Positions 40,300 to 53,694 are shown, counted from the stretch's first letter. The stretch is 64,000 nt of DNA from Eledone cirrhosa (GCA_964016885.1 OZ024743.1:107756001-107820000); one strand, 5' to 3'. The notes: generated from the sequence alone by a model not told the origin. Program-made: numbers and translations.

Positions 40300-41620
40300 C
40301 TGTTATTACTTACACTTTACCCTCTCACATTACAAACAGTCCTGTCAACTTCACTTAGAGTTTGGATTACTTGGGGGTTTTGTCAACCTCTTTACTTGCA
40401 ATATTCATGTCATTTGGTGTGGCTAAGTCTGTTTTGACAATAGTCATCTGCCTTGTTCTATACGACAATGTCCCGTCAGCGAAGCTCAATTATTCTGTCA
40501 GTCTGAAAATCCCAGAATACCATTCCTTTCCCATCGTCCTGCATTACCTTACAAGGCACATGCACATACCAATTCTCTACTACTTTGTATTGGTATTTAC
40601 GAGATGGCAGCCAATGAAGGAACAAACAGGCATTATCATGGCGGAGTTTGCACTTTTTTGCGCATGGTTCTCACATCCACTTACCGAATGGCTTAAATCT
40701 TCCACATTCTTTCTACAAAGTCTGCATTTCTGGTTGTAACAGAGATTTGTAGGTACTATACGTCACAGAATTGGTAGCAAATGCTTCGCCTTTGTGCTGC
40801 AATTAGATGGTTTTCAGTGGAACGCTTCAAATCACCTTGCTTAAGCCATGTCCATGTTGTTTTATCCTTTATATCTAGTGTATTTCTTTCAAACTGCCTG
40901 TGCATTCGCATTTCCAGTATCTTCTAAATTAGTGAACCAGTTGATTGCATCTCCGGTATTGCCACAGAATTTCAAACTCTGTTTTTATTGGTATTAATAG
41001 AATATCCTTACTTGTGCGTCCTATGTCAGATTTAGAAGGGTTAGATTCGAAGTTGTCCTTGTGGTCTTTCAAATAAAAAGCTGGAAGTCGAGGTACAAAT
41101 GGTTCTGTTCTATCGGATATGCCTAGGCGATTGACTATCTTCAGCTTCCCCTATTAATGTTATCAATGGTAGACTCATCCGATTTACTATATTTCTTATT
41201 TAGTTCCTTAACTATAAAGTTCCTATAGGTATCAATGTCTAGGGAATATACATTACATGTTTTATCAGCGCGGATGAGTATTCCTTCCTTTTTTGCTAGT
41301 TCATACATGTTTTTAGCCTCCGTTGGAATTTGTTGTGGTATCGATGTTTTTGAACTTGATATTAGTGACCATATCTAATAGACTAGTTTCGAAAGTCCCC
41401 AGACGTATGTTGCTAGGAGGGTTTTTATACGAAATAAAGCCGTAATCATCATGATCACTGTCTTTGTGAAGTGAAATATCTTCCAACGTACGTGACGGAT
41501 GAATTCATTAGTTCTAAGTATTAGATCTCTGAGATAATCCTTATTGTGAGAATATGGTTTAATTTTTAGTGAAATATCATGGTGTGTTGATAAGTAGTAG
41601 GTTTGGTTCAACCGCAGGGA
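40300..41620 (-). mobile_element. Decayed Penelope-like element fragment (same type as 25981-30941)
   Basis: YLRDLILRTNEFIRHVRWKIFHF, LIRADKTCNVY, LKDHKDNF..NPSKSD on the minus strand; left boundary uncertain. Confidence 0.7.
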
Positions 41621-41941
41621 GGAGGAAATGCAAAGGTAGATATGTTTTGTTTATGTATATCCTGAATGAATGTTTAAACAAGAAAGCTGCTTACCAGAAA
41701 GTTTGACTCGACGGTTTCCTTTTAATCGTATAAATTAAATATCCAAGCATGCAAATATGGTATAGAGGTCCAGAAGTAATCAGGGAGTATATTAACATAA
41801 CCAAGTATTGCACCAAGAAAAATATAACGTCAGCATAAAGAGATTATGAATTTAACTGCTTTGACATATGTTTCTATGTCTATTATAAATTTTATGTAGA
41901 TATGCTGATTACAATATATATTGTTCAATCATGTACAATAC

Positions 41942-42003
<62 letters not shown>

Positions 42004-42005
<2 letters not shown>

Positions 42006-42197
42006 CGAAGGAAATGTGGTAAGGAACCAGGTGGACCATAACGCACCAAAGTACTCAATACTTGAGGTAGTAGAGTGGGTAATAGGAACCAGTAAGACCC
42101 CGACAGCTGAGCTCAAGCCGTTTCGACGGCTAATTCATGAATTCAATGAATTAGCCGTCGAAACGGCTTGAGCTCAGCTGTCGGGGTCTTACTGGTT

Positions 42198-42200
<3 letters not shown>
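42004..42200. mobile_element. Family A palindrome (long arm minus, short arm plus)
   Basis: Centre GCTAATTCATGAATTCAATGAATTAGC; short arm stops at GGTTCC|TA. Confidence 0.85.
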
Positions 42201-42239
<39 letters not shown>

Positions 42240-42671
42240 TCAAATTAAAAAACGGTGCTGATGTCTCACATTAACACTTTGCAATTTCATGAGCTCAAGG
42301 AATACATTTCCGGGCTCTTAATGTATTCACACCACCATGGGCGGCGAAACGCCCAGGTCTTTTTTCTATACCATGCGTGTTTCCTTAGTTATCTGATATA
42401 TTTTAGAAGTGCGGATCGTATTGTTAGACACCCGCCGATCAGTCATCTACAATATGCATTATTCAATTTTGTGAAGAATTATACTCTACCTTGAGGACGT
42501 CCAGGTGTAATAATCATTATTGGAGGGTTAGTATAGTTTAATTTTTTTCTTTTGTATTCACCTTTCCTTTCGTAGACAATATGTTCTTCACTCTGGTGGT
42601 TTTTAATCCCCTATTATTGAACACATATCTCTGTGGTACTTCTTTCTATATGGTGGTTTATACATATATAT

Positions 42672-42752
<81 letters not shown>

Positions 42753-42755
<3 letters not shown>

Positions 42756-45700
42756 GCCCACCACACTCCACCTCTCCCCCGACCCACACCCCTACCCAAT
42801 CTCCACCCTCCACCTCACCCCTCACCACACCCTCCCTTCCCTCCCCAAACACCCAAACCCCACCCCTTGTTGTCACCATACCCCCTGACCTCCCCCTCTC
42901 CTCACCTGAGCGCTCACTCCTTAGTAGAGGCCTTCGCTTCATACCCCACACTCCGCTCAGCGACGAGTTCCGCACCCGAACGGAAGTCGAGCGGTTCGTG
43001 CGACGCACTAAGCTACAGGCACATTTCAGCCGAACGCCACCGGCTCCGGACGCCCCAGACCCGTTTCTCGCCCTGGGCCGACGACCATCTTCTTGGACGC
43101 CGGCCCCAGGGCAATTTAGCACCCTGGACGCCTTCGTCGATGCCAGCCGTAGCGCAGTAAATCGTTTCGACTTCTGCCACCGTTCCAAACGGCACAACAT
43201 CTCACGGGGCGAACTCCTCGCTCTCCGCTCCCTCCGTAGCCGAGATGACATCGTCATCAAACCGGCGGACAAGGGAGGCGCCGTGGTGGTATGGCGCGCG
43301 GATCTCTACACGGCCGAAGCCCTCAGGCAGCTCTGTAACCCCCTCTTTTACCGCCCTCTACCCTCCGATCCCACCCCCCTCTACCAACAACAAGTCTCCT
43401 CCACCATCAAATACCTTATCGCCTCCTCCCTCCTCCCCCCACCGCTTCCCACCTCATCGTCCGCACCCCCCGCACCCCCACCATCTACTTCCTCCCCAAA
43501 CTCCACAAACCCGACAACCCCGGCCGCCCCATCGTCTCCGCTTGCAACTGCCCCACCGAACTCATCTCCGCCTTTCTCGACTCCCTCCTCGCCGCCCTTG
43601 TCACCACCCTCCCCTCCCACATCTCCGACACCAACCACGCCCTGCGCCTTTTCGACTCCTTCACCTACCTTCACGGCTCTCAGCCATTCCTCTTCACCCC
43701 CTAGACATCAAGTCCCTCTATACCGTCATCCCCCACAGCGACGGCCTTCGCGCCCTCAAACACTACCTCGACCTTCGCCCCTCCCCCATTCCCTCCACCC
43801 CCACCCTCCTTCGCCTCTTGGAGCTGGTCCTCACCCTAAATTGTTTCTCCTTCACGGATGAGTTTTACCAACAGGTCACGGGGATAGCCATGGGCACAAG
43901 AATGGGCCCGAACTATGCCAAACTTTTTGTTGGCCATGTTGAGGCCCAAATCTTTGCCCAGTACACCGGCCCCACGCCCGAACTGTACGCTCGTTACATT
44001 GACGACTGTATCGGAGCCACGACCCTCACCCGAGTACAGCTCGACTCCTTTCTCTCCTTCTTCTGCTCCTTCCACCCCTCCCTCCACTTCACCACCTCTA
44101 TCTCCACCACCCACGTCCACTTCTTAGACATCTCCGTCGCCTTCGACCCCTCCCACCACTCTCTCGTCATCTCTGCCTTCTTCAAACCCACCGACTCCCA
44201 CTCTTACCTCGACTTCACCTCTTCCCACCCCACCCACACTAAACTCTCCATTCCCTACTCCCAACTTCTCAGGATCCGCCGCCTCTGTAGCCGTGATGCT
44301 GACTTCGAGTCCCAGGCCCTTTCCCTAGTCAGCCACTTCATCCGCAGAGGTTACCCCCCCCCCCCCCTCTCGTCTACACCGCTCTCACCCGCGCCCGTGC
44401 TATCCCCCGCTCCACCACCCTCACCCCACGCCACCGCACACCCACCCACCGTCTCCCCTTCCCCATCACCTACCACCCCTCCACCTTACCACTCCACCGC
44501 ACCATCCGCCGCCTCTTCCGACGCCTCCAGTCCGACCCCTTCACCTCCCACATCTTCCCAACTCCACCACTCCCCTCCTTCAAACGCGCACGCAATCTCC
44601 GCACCCTCCTCGTCCACAGCTCCCTACCCCCCAACCCACGCTCCGGTCCCCCCCCGGTTCCTTCCCCTGTTCTAGGCCCCGCTGCAACACCTGTCCTCAC
44701 ATCACCCACACCACCACCTTCCAGGGTCCCAACGGCCACTCTCTCTCGGTCCGGCATGCCTTCCGCTGCACCTCCTCCAACCTAGTCTACGGACTTCGTT
44801 GCACGGAGTGCAGCGCGACTTATGTCGGACAGACGGGACGTCGCCTGGCGGACCGAGTCACGGAACACCTCCGGGATATTCGTCTCGGGGGCAGTTCCCC
44901 CATCGCCCGCCACTTTGGTGGCCCTGGACACTCCGCACGCCATCTCACAGTCTGTTGCCTACTCCAGTTCCACGGAACACCCGCCCATCGCCTTACGGTC
45001 GAACAACGCACTATCTTCATCTTACAGACCCACACTCCCCGCGGCCTGAACTCCCCACCCTTATTTCTTTAGCGTTCGACCGCCCCCCTCCCACTACACT
45101 TATCCCCCACTAACACCACTAACACACCCCTCCTTTTCACCGCCCACCCCACACTAACAATACTAACACCTCCACCCCTCATCTAACCACCTTCCCCAAC
45201 TAACATACTAACATCCCTTCCCTCCCCTCGTCTCCTCCTCCCCCCTCCTTATCACACGCACACACGCACCCACTTACACCACCCACCCCACACGCAACTA
45301 ACATCACTAACACACCCCAACCCCACGCACACGTACCCACACACCCACGTACACCACCAACTCTACACACCCTACCACCACTGACCCCCACTCACACCTG
45401 CATTCCACCCCTCCCCACCTCCCGTATACTAACACCCACTAACACCTCTTCACCAAACTACACACACACCAGTACACCACACTCCCTCCATAGAACCACA
45501 CACACCCTTCTCTCCCCGCTCCACACTCACTCATCCCACTAACACCCCTACTAATACACACACACACACACACACACCCTCCTCACTCCAACTCTCACAC
45601 CTACCCATCCTCGCCTCCCTACCATTCCGCCGACTGCTGCTATGCCCTTCCGACCACCTCTCAGCACCAACTGACCACAGCACTCCCACTGCTGACCACT

Positions 45701-46536
45701 TCCTGTTGCGCGCGCACCCCACATCTCTCCTCTTCCGACCACCGCTTCTTGGATTACCCACACACGAAATTGACTTCTAACCAAATCTCCAAACATCCGT
45801 GGAACTTACCAACTTTTCAACCATCCTCTTACACCATCACCTATATAACTCACCCACACACACAGCCCCCAAGCATTTTTTTTTATCCACACGCCACCCA
45901 CACCCACAACACGCTTAAACCACACACACGTGCTTCCCACCACATATTTACACCCTCAGCCTCCTGATTCCTCTCCCCCCACCCCCCTATCCACACACGC
46001 ACAGACACTCCGACCCACAAAAACACCTCCCCACACACACCTTCCTGAACATGCAACCCCGTTCTTCCCCCAACCCTCACTTTCACATACACACACACGC
46101 ACACCTAACCACACACACCACCTTCAGCCCTCCCCGCTCGGACACCCCGTCTCCCTCTCCCCACTCCACCCGCCACCACCCCTACTCACCCCACACCCTT
46201 CCACCACCTGTTTACCCCCCTTTTAATTTCAGTTTATTTTGATCATGCCTTTATTTTTAAATTTTCTCCTTCCTTGTATTTTGATCATGCTTTATTTTTA
46301 TTTATTATATTTTTTGTCTTTATTTGTTAATTTTTCATTCGCATCGTTTCCTTTCGCTATATGTCTCTCCACCACTCCCCTACACACCTTTTGAACTCTG
46401 TTCCCACACACTTCTCACCTGAAGAAGGGCTTATGCCCGAAACGTCGTCCCCCACCTACCCGCCACTCTCCTGCGCGTGAATTTAATAAACATTTATTGT
46501 ACTGCCTCTCTGTTCTGTCCCTGTTCAACTTTTCAT
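42753..46536 (+). mobile_element. Neptune-type Penelope-like element, longer copy 2, frameshifted in C-runs
   Basis: LLSRGLRFIP, IVIKPADKGGAVVVW, YFLPKLHKP..PGRPIVS, DIKSLYT.IPH, GIAMGTRMGP, RYIDD, PC.RPRCNTC, VYGLRCTECSATYVGQT; closely similar to 23455-25881. Confidence 0.95.
46416..46448 (+). ncRNA. Minimal type-I hammerhead ribozyme motif in Neptune pseudo-LTR
   Basis: CUGAAGA-A-GGGC(UUAU)GCCC-GAAACGUC; palindromic ACGU stem III, GUC cleavage triplet, but only a 2-bp stem I. Confidence 0.8.
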
Positions 46537-46614
<78 letters not shown>

Positions 46615-47454
46615 GAGTTTAATGGATTGTAACATTTCTTTAGTGTTGGTTCACCAACTTGAGCATTCTCTGTATACGTGGGTCCGTTTAATTATAGTAT
46701 GTTGTGTTGTACATTTAGTGTTATACTATGGTCGGTTTCCTTCAGAAGCAGAGTGTAATATTAATAAGGAAGAACGAGGTGTCAAAATATCATCATTAAC
46801 TTTATTCAGGTGTGACCCACGTCACAACTGCATGAGGTTAATGATGATAACTGACAACTCGTTTCTACTTATTATTTATATTTACATATATATGTGTGTA
46901 TTGGTTAATTATTTGTGTTTGTTTAATAACGTCTAGTCGAGAGTTTTATTCGGTTTGTGGAAGGAAATTTATTCCTTTGCTCAAAATTTGAATCTCGACC
47001 GCCAAAACCGGGGGTTACCTCCCTTTGGAAAAAAACCACGTGATAGCCAGCAGTTTTACTGCTACAATTCACACCCGACTGCTGCCTAGAACGGAAGACC
47101 TGTTGATAAAGTGAATCCACTGTTCTATGATCCAAAGCCAAAAGCTTAGATACTGCGCAAGTGGAATTGTTGATTTCGGATTTCATAGAAACCTATCTGA
47201 GATATTGCATAATATCACTGAGATGATCCAGGTTTGTCAAATTATCCTGAGATGGTTTCTCGTTGATTTGGTCCTTATGGCTGTCTCACCGGTCGCGGTC
47301 TTCAATTTGTCAAGCTTTCTAAACGTATGTTATTACACTAAGGTGACACTACCTTATCGAGTGCTTTGCTGCACATTCTGGATTGCATTTCATTAGCTTG
47401 GCCACAGCCAGAGCTTCGATTTTACTGAACTTCCATTTGAATACACACACACAT

Positions 47455-47519
<65 letters not shown>

Positions 47520-48075
47520 ATACAGGTAAAGAGGCGAGGTTATGTGATTACTAAAAACGAAGTGTTAGAAGATAATCGTGACGTAAACAAGAGAAGAAAG
47601 TTTTTCCTTCGTCAGCTGTTTACTACGGATCTTAGATGTTTCGGCGCTTAAAACAGAGCATCCATCCGTAGTGCGCCCATGGCCTTTCATTCATCAAAAG
47701 GCCATGAGGGAAAGAAGTGATAGTGAAGAGAGAGGAAGAAAGAAAAAGTGAAGAAGAAACAAAAGGAAAAAACGAAGTAAACATACCGATAGAAGGGGGA
47801 GCTCAGAACAATGGCACATGTATGTAAGTAACCTAAGAGAAAATATATCAAGTTATACAAGGCTGATGGGTATAAGCTCGGTGGCCGTAATAACTGGGGA
47901 GCATGGATTTTCCGTGGCGATTCTCAGTGAAACTAGTGTAGGGGAGAGAAACCAGAAGTGAGAGGGGGTGAGTAAGAGGAATAGAGAGAGAGGGAGGAGA
48001 AGGGAAAGGGAGTTAATCCAAAAGGGGTTTACCACGCTCGTGCGACCAGGCTGAAAACAAGGAAATGGATAGAGG

Positions 48076-48136
<61 letters not shown>

Positions 48137-48145
48137 TAAGAGAGA

Positions 48146-48177
<32 letters not shown>

Positions 48178-48390
48178 AAAGATGGAGTCGATCCGAAAGC
48201 GTGGTGGGACATAAGTCCGGCCGGACAACAAATCCAGCAAGAGGGGTAGAGAGGAGGTCGCAGCAGTAAATATAAAAATATAGGTAATGAGGCGAGGATG
48301 TGTGGTTACTATAAAGGAAGTGTTAGAAGGTAATCGGGAGGTAAACAAGAGAAGAAAAGTATCCCTTCGTCAGCTGTTTACTACGGATCT
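47520..48390 (-). mobile_element. ORF-less element with ~115-bp direct terminal repeats in a TA tract (PLE-like partial tandem)
   Basis: ~47520-47633 and ~48278-48391 share AGGTAA.GAGGCGAGG...CCTTCGTCAGCTGTTTACTACGGATCTTA. Confidence 0.6.
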
Positions 48391-48480
48391 TATATATATA
48401 TATATACATACGCTACAACTCGTTTCTACTTATTATTTATATATACATATATATGTGTATATATCATGTTGGCATCTCTT

Positions 48481-48524
<44 letters not shown>

Positions 48525-49485
48525 AAGAGATGCCAACATGATTGGACCTGTTATTTTTCTCTAAACAAATTGTTTTCCAATTCCACTCCACCCGTCCCTT
48601 CAATCTTTCTAATTTCTATTTTTTTTCATGAGATGAAAGACTGGCGTCCGAAGCGTTAAGTCCCTCTTCCTGCTATTTCAAGCGTTAGCCTAATATATTC
48701 CTTCATATACTGTTCCGATTGTGTTGTTATTTCTGTTTATCTTTTTCACACAGACACACACACACAGACACACACACAGACACACACACAGACACACAGA
48801 CACACACACACACACACACACTCACACACACACACACACACACATGTATATATATATATATTAAACTATGCCATAAGTCAATATAATATCACGGATACAA
48901 CAGGATCTGCACACCATATGCACACCATATCTTATATTACCTATGACCTAAATGCAACTTGTTAGAGAAGCGGGACAATATCTACTTTCTCTTCGATTAA
49001 CCAACCACTTACAGTAATAAGATATCGTAACAAATTTTTCATGCAGCAATACTAGATAGGACTTCGTTGAAGTATAACACTGAACTTCAATTTAGAGTTT
49101 CATTATAACAAGGAAAGTGGGCGTGTGTGTATTTCGAATTTAAACCATTGAGTTATTGCATATGTGAAATCACTTATACTAACTAAGATGTATCAACCGT
49201 TAAAAATGTTGTTATCAAGCATCCATAATTTGCTGCCACTCTCACAACACTTTACGTCAATTGTCAGCTCATGTAAAATATGCCACAAACTTGTCCATTG
49301 TAATTCTGTAGATAGATCTACGTAGGCTTTGAAGCATTAACAGACGCATGTATTTAGTAATCCTAGTGTTTCAAATTATAAAGAATTAGAAATGAAATAA
49401 GAAAATTACTAAATAAAAATACTCAAACGAGCGCACCGTCATATATTTAATACAGTATCTTTGAAAGAAATGTTGTTCTTAATTG

Positions 49486-49575
<90 letters not shown>

Positions 49576-49738
49576 AGTATATTTACCAACATATGCGTAC
49601 AGATGTACACTAATGCTAGCAAATACATAAGTTATGTCATAGTACCTAGGTGGTTCTATGCAGGGGATGCAGAACAATTATATGAAAGACGTAAAATAAG
49701 AAAATTTTTAAAAATTAAAAATCAACTTACTTACTAAA

Positions 49739-49819
<81 letters not shown>

Positions 49820-50118
49820 CACACTTCTACACGTAAGTTGAACTGCGAGATGTTCCCTTCATCGATGTTGAAAAGATGTTTGATTCGATTCCATAAAAAT
49901 CGCTTCTATCTACTTTCTTTTGTACGCAGGAGTCCCTACCCTGATGTATTCAACTATTATTTAAAGCTATAACCTATTATTATATTTATTAGCTTGCTGC
50001 TGTTTCAAATTTCCAACTTCTCAATTGTTCATAAATAAACTAAACTTCCTCTGTCTCCCTGAATGTCTGTGTCTGTTTGTCTGGCAGTCTGTTTCTCTCC
50101 CTCACTCTCTCTCTCTCA

Positions 50119-50186
<68 letters not shown>

Positions 50187-50223
50187 ATCTATCTATCTAT
50201 CTCTCCCCCTCTCACTCTCTCTG

Positions 50224-50261
<38 letters not shown>

Positions 50262-50264
50262 TTG

Positions 50265-50327
50265 CCCTTGAAATATATATAATAAAATAAATATGGTTTT
50301 ATAAATATAGTTTCCATTTAATAATAT

Positions 50328-50330
<3 letters not shown>
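50265..50330 (+). mobile_element. Family D tail fragment starting inside hammerhead stem II
   Basis: CCCTTGAAATATATATAATAAAATAAATATGGTTTTATAAATATAGTTTCCATT followed by (TA)n; a related minus fragment lies at ~20398-20480. Confidence 0.7.
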
Positions 50331-50383
<53 letters not shown>

Positions 50384-50401
50384 GTTATATGTATATAAAT
50401 G

Positions 50402-50452
<51 letters not shown>

Positions 50453-50495
50453 GTATATATTTAGTTATATGTATATATATGTATGTATATATATA

Positions 50496-50648
<153 letters not shown>

Positions 50649-50649
50649 C

Positions 50650-50764
<115 letters not shown>

Positions 50765-50860
50765 GTATATATACATATATACACATATATGTGTGTGTAT
50801 ATATATGTATATATATATATAGAGAGAGAGAGTGTGTGTGTAGGCAGACAGCTACATATA

Positions 50861-50897
<37 letters not shown>

Positions 50898-51624
50898 CCC
50901 TACAAATTATATGTGTGTGTGTGTCTGTAATGGCCATGTATGTGTACATGTTCATAGTGTGAAGGTGTGTAAGTGTCGACATTCTTATCCCCAGGCATAT
51001 TTTAATACAAAACCGGAAATGAACGATTTTAGATTATTTCCGAAGAATATCGTCATATTATTATTGTTATTATAATTATTATTATTGTCATTGTTGTTAT
51101 TGCTACTAATAATACGGTGTATGTTGTTGTTGATGATGTTGATGTTGATGTTGTTGATGATGATGCTGTTGATAATGATGTTGAGGGTGATGATGATGCT
51201 CTTGTTGATGAAGATGTGGATGTTTTTTTTAGAAAGAGAGGGGGTTATTGTTTTTATACGAAAGCCACCCCGAAGGAAACTATAGAAATTATTCACCCAA
51301 AGATAACATGAAGATATTGCTTTTGGCGTAGTATTTATTTTCAACATATCCTTTGCTAGTTGGTTTGTTTGGCAGTGGATAACAAAAACGACAATAGCGT
51401 AAACGGCAACACAACAATCACCACCACCACCACCACCACCACTACAACTACAACTACCATTAAAAACGTGGGTAATAAGCATGAATATGATTATCATTGT
51501 CATCGTATCTTACTTATATAAATGCACCAGAATAATATACATATTTGTTTGTTTTATTTGTATCTATTAACAATATACACAGAAAATAGATATCCCTGAA
51601 TCTTCTCATTACACTCAGACATGG

Positions 51625-51656
<32 letters not shown>

Positions 51657-51657
<1 letters not shown>

Positions 51658-51841
51658 GGAACGAGTAGGACCCCGACGGCTGAGCTCAAGCCGTTTCGAC
51701 GGCTAATTCTGAATTAGCCGTCGAAACGGCTTGAGCTCAGCCGTCGAGGTCCTACTCGTTCCTATTACCCACTCTACTACCCTAAGTATTGAGTACTTTT
51801 GTGCGTTATGGTCCACCTGGTTCCTTACCACATTTCCTTCG

Positions 51842-51843
<2 letters not shown>
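51657..51843. mobile_element. Family A palindrome
   Basis: Centre GACGGCTAATTC-T-GAATTAGCCGTC; ~52-bp mirrored arms, then the tail to (TA)n. Confidence 0.88.
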
Positions 51844-51912
<69 letters not shown>

Positions 51913-52088
51913 TATACATTCACACATATATAAATACATATATATATGTATATATATTTATATATACATATATACATATATCTGGAAGATCACTGATGAC
52001 GGATGCCTTAACTTCTGCTCGAATTTTATTCATACATATATATATTATGTGTCTGTGTGAGGGTGTATACAAATATATATATATATAT

Positions 52089-52274
52089 AGGGAAAAGTAT
52101 GACCCCGACGGCAGAGCTCAAGCCGTTTCGACGGCTATTTCAGAAATAGCCGTCGAAACGGCTTGAGCTCTGCCGTCGGGGTCATACTGTTTCCTATTAC
52201 CCACTCTACTACCCTAAGTAATGAGTACTCTGGTGCGTTATGGTCCATCTTGTTCCTTACCACAACTCATTCGT

Positions 52275-52275
<1 letters not shown>
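52089..52275. mobile_element. Family A palindrome
   Basis: Centre GACGGCTATTT-CAG-AAATAGCCGTC; ~50-bp mirrored arms, then the tail to (TA)n. Confidence 0.88.
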
Positions 52276-52306
<31 letters not shown>

Positions 52307-52327
52307 TTGGTGCTCTGAAATAGCGAT

Positions 52328-52832
52328 ATATATATGAATGTATATATAGTGTATTCTGCAATACACTGTATGCTTAATTAAAGGCATTTTGAAGACCTTA
52401 CGCTATTGTTTTAGAGTAGTGACAGTCTCACTTACTTTAAATTTTCAGCAAACAGGTGGAGATAAGGCTGACAGTACTCTGTTTCGTACTATTTGGTACT
52501 TATCAAAGCTAAGAACTCCACCCATTTGCTGAAAATCATAAATGTTTGATTCTTATAGATTTCTAGTAATAATCAGGAACTGATTATACAGTTCCTGATT
52601 ATTACTAGAATTCTATAAGAATCAAACATCCGTGATTTTCAGTAGACGGGTGGAGTACTTAGCTTTGATAAGTACCAGATAGTACGAAACAGAGCTCTGT
52701 CAACTTTATCTCCCCCTGTTTGCTGAAAATTTAAAGTAAGTGAGACTGTCACTACTCTAAAACAATAGCGTAAGGTCTTTAAAATGCTTTTAATTAAGCA
52801 TACAGTGTATTGCAGAATACACTATATATACA

Positions 52833-52842
<10 letters not shown>
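52328..52842. repeat. Family E ~500-bp fold-back with U3:A8 hammerhead motifs (52467-52509 minus, 52661-52705 plus)
   Basis: Arms ~255 bp around spacer ATTATA at 52583-52588; UUGAUAA-GUAC(N6)GUAC-GAAA-CAGAGCUCUG-UC. Confidence 0.9.
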
Positions 52843-52870
<28 letters not shown>

Positions 52871-52940
52871 CGACAATGAGGGATTGGGAAGCGTAAAAGT
52901 AAAACAAAAAGTAAACAAAATGTAAAACAAAATACTTTTG

Positions 52941-52986
<46 letters not shown>

Positions 52987-53118
52987 TACGTTCGCAGTAA
53001 TATTTTGTTCGCCAGAAGGATTCATGAAGTGAATACCAGTAATAAACTAGGGTTGATTAAAATGATTATATTGTCTCTAGTGGTGTCGGTGGTGGCGGTG
53101 GTGGTGGTGGTGCTGGTT

Positions 53119-53175
<57 letters not shown>

Positions 53176-53615
53176 CTTCTTATTGTTGTTCAAACCCTGC
53201 TTGCTGTTGTCGTTGGTTAAATCGTGTTGTCTGCTGTGATGGCAGTGATGGTGATTGTGTTGGTTGTTAGCAAATGTAATAACAATAAACAGATTCAATA
53301 ACAACAACAACCACACTAATAATAGTAATATTAATAATAATAAAAACAATGTGAACAACAATACTATCGGTAATAACAGCAATAACAACAGTAGAGTCAA
53401 TGAAAACAATAACAATAACAATTGCAACAAAATGACATTTAGAAATGAGAGTTTGATGGTGTCAAAAGTTTAGTTTAATTAAATATATTAAATGAACGTA
53501 TTTCTAAATATTCGGCTGGTCATCACGTAGACCAATAGAAATTTACATTTGTTGGATATTAATTCAATTGTTTTTCAACGTGTTATCAATATTCTGCAGT
53601 CTTCTCTTTCTTTTT

Positions 53616-53694
<79 letters not shown>

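Noticed and set aside
48628-48662. GAUGA-A-AGAC(UGGC)GUCC-GAAGCGUU hammerhead remnant
   Set aside because: Several core mismatches and no stem I; at best a decayed relic.
50985-51503. Asn/Asp-rich ORFs (also 53005-53473 and 59307-59814)
   Set aside because: Products of trinucleotide repeats.
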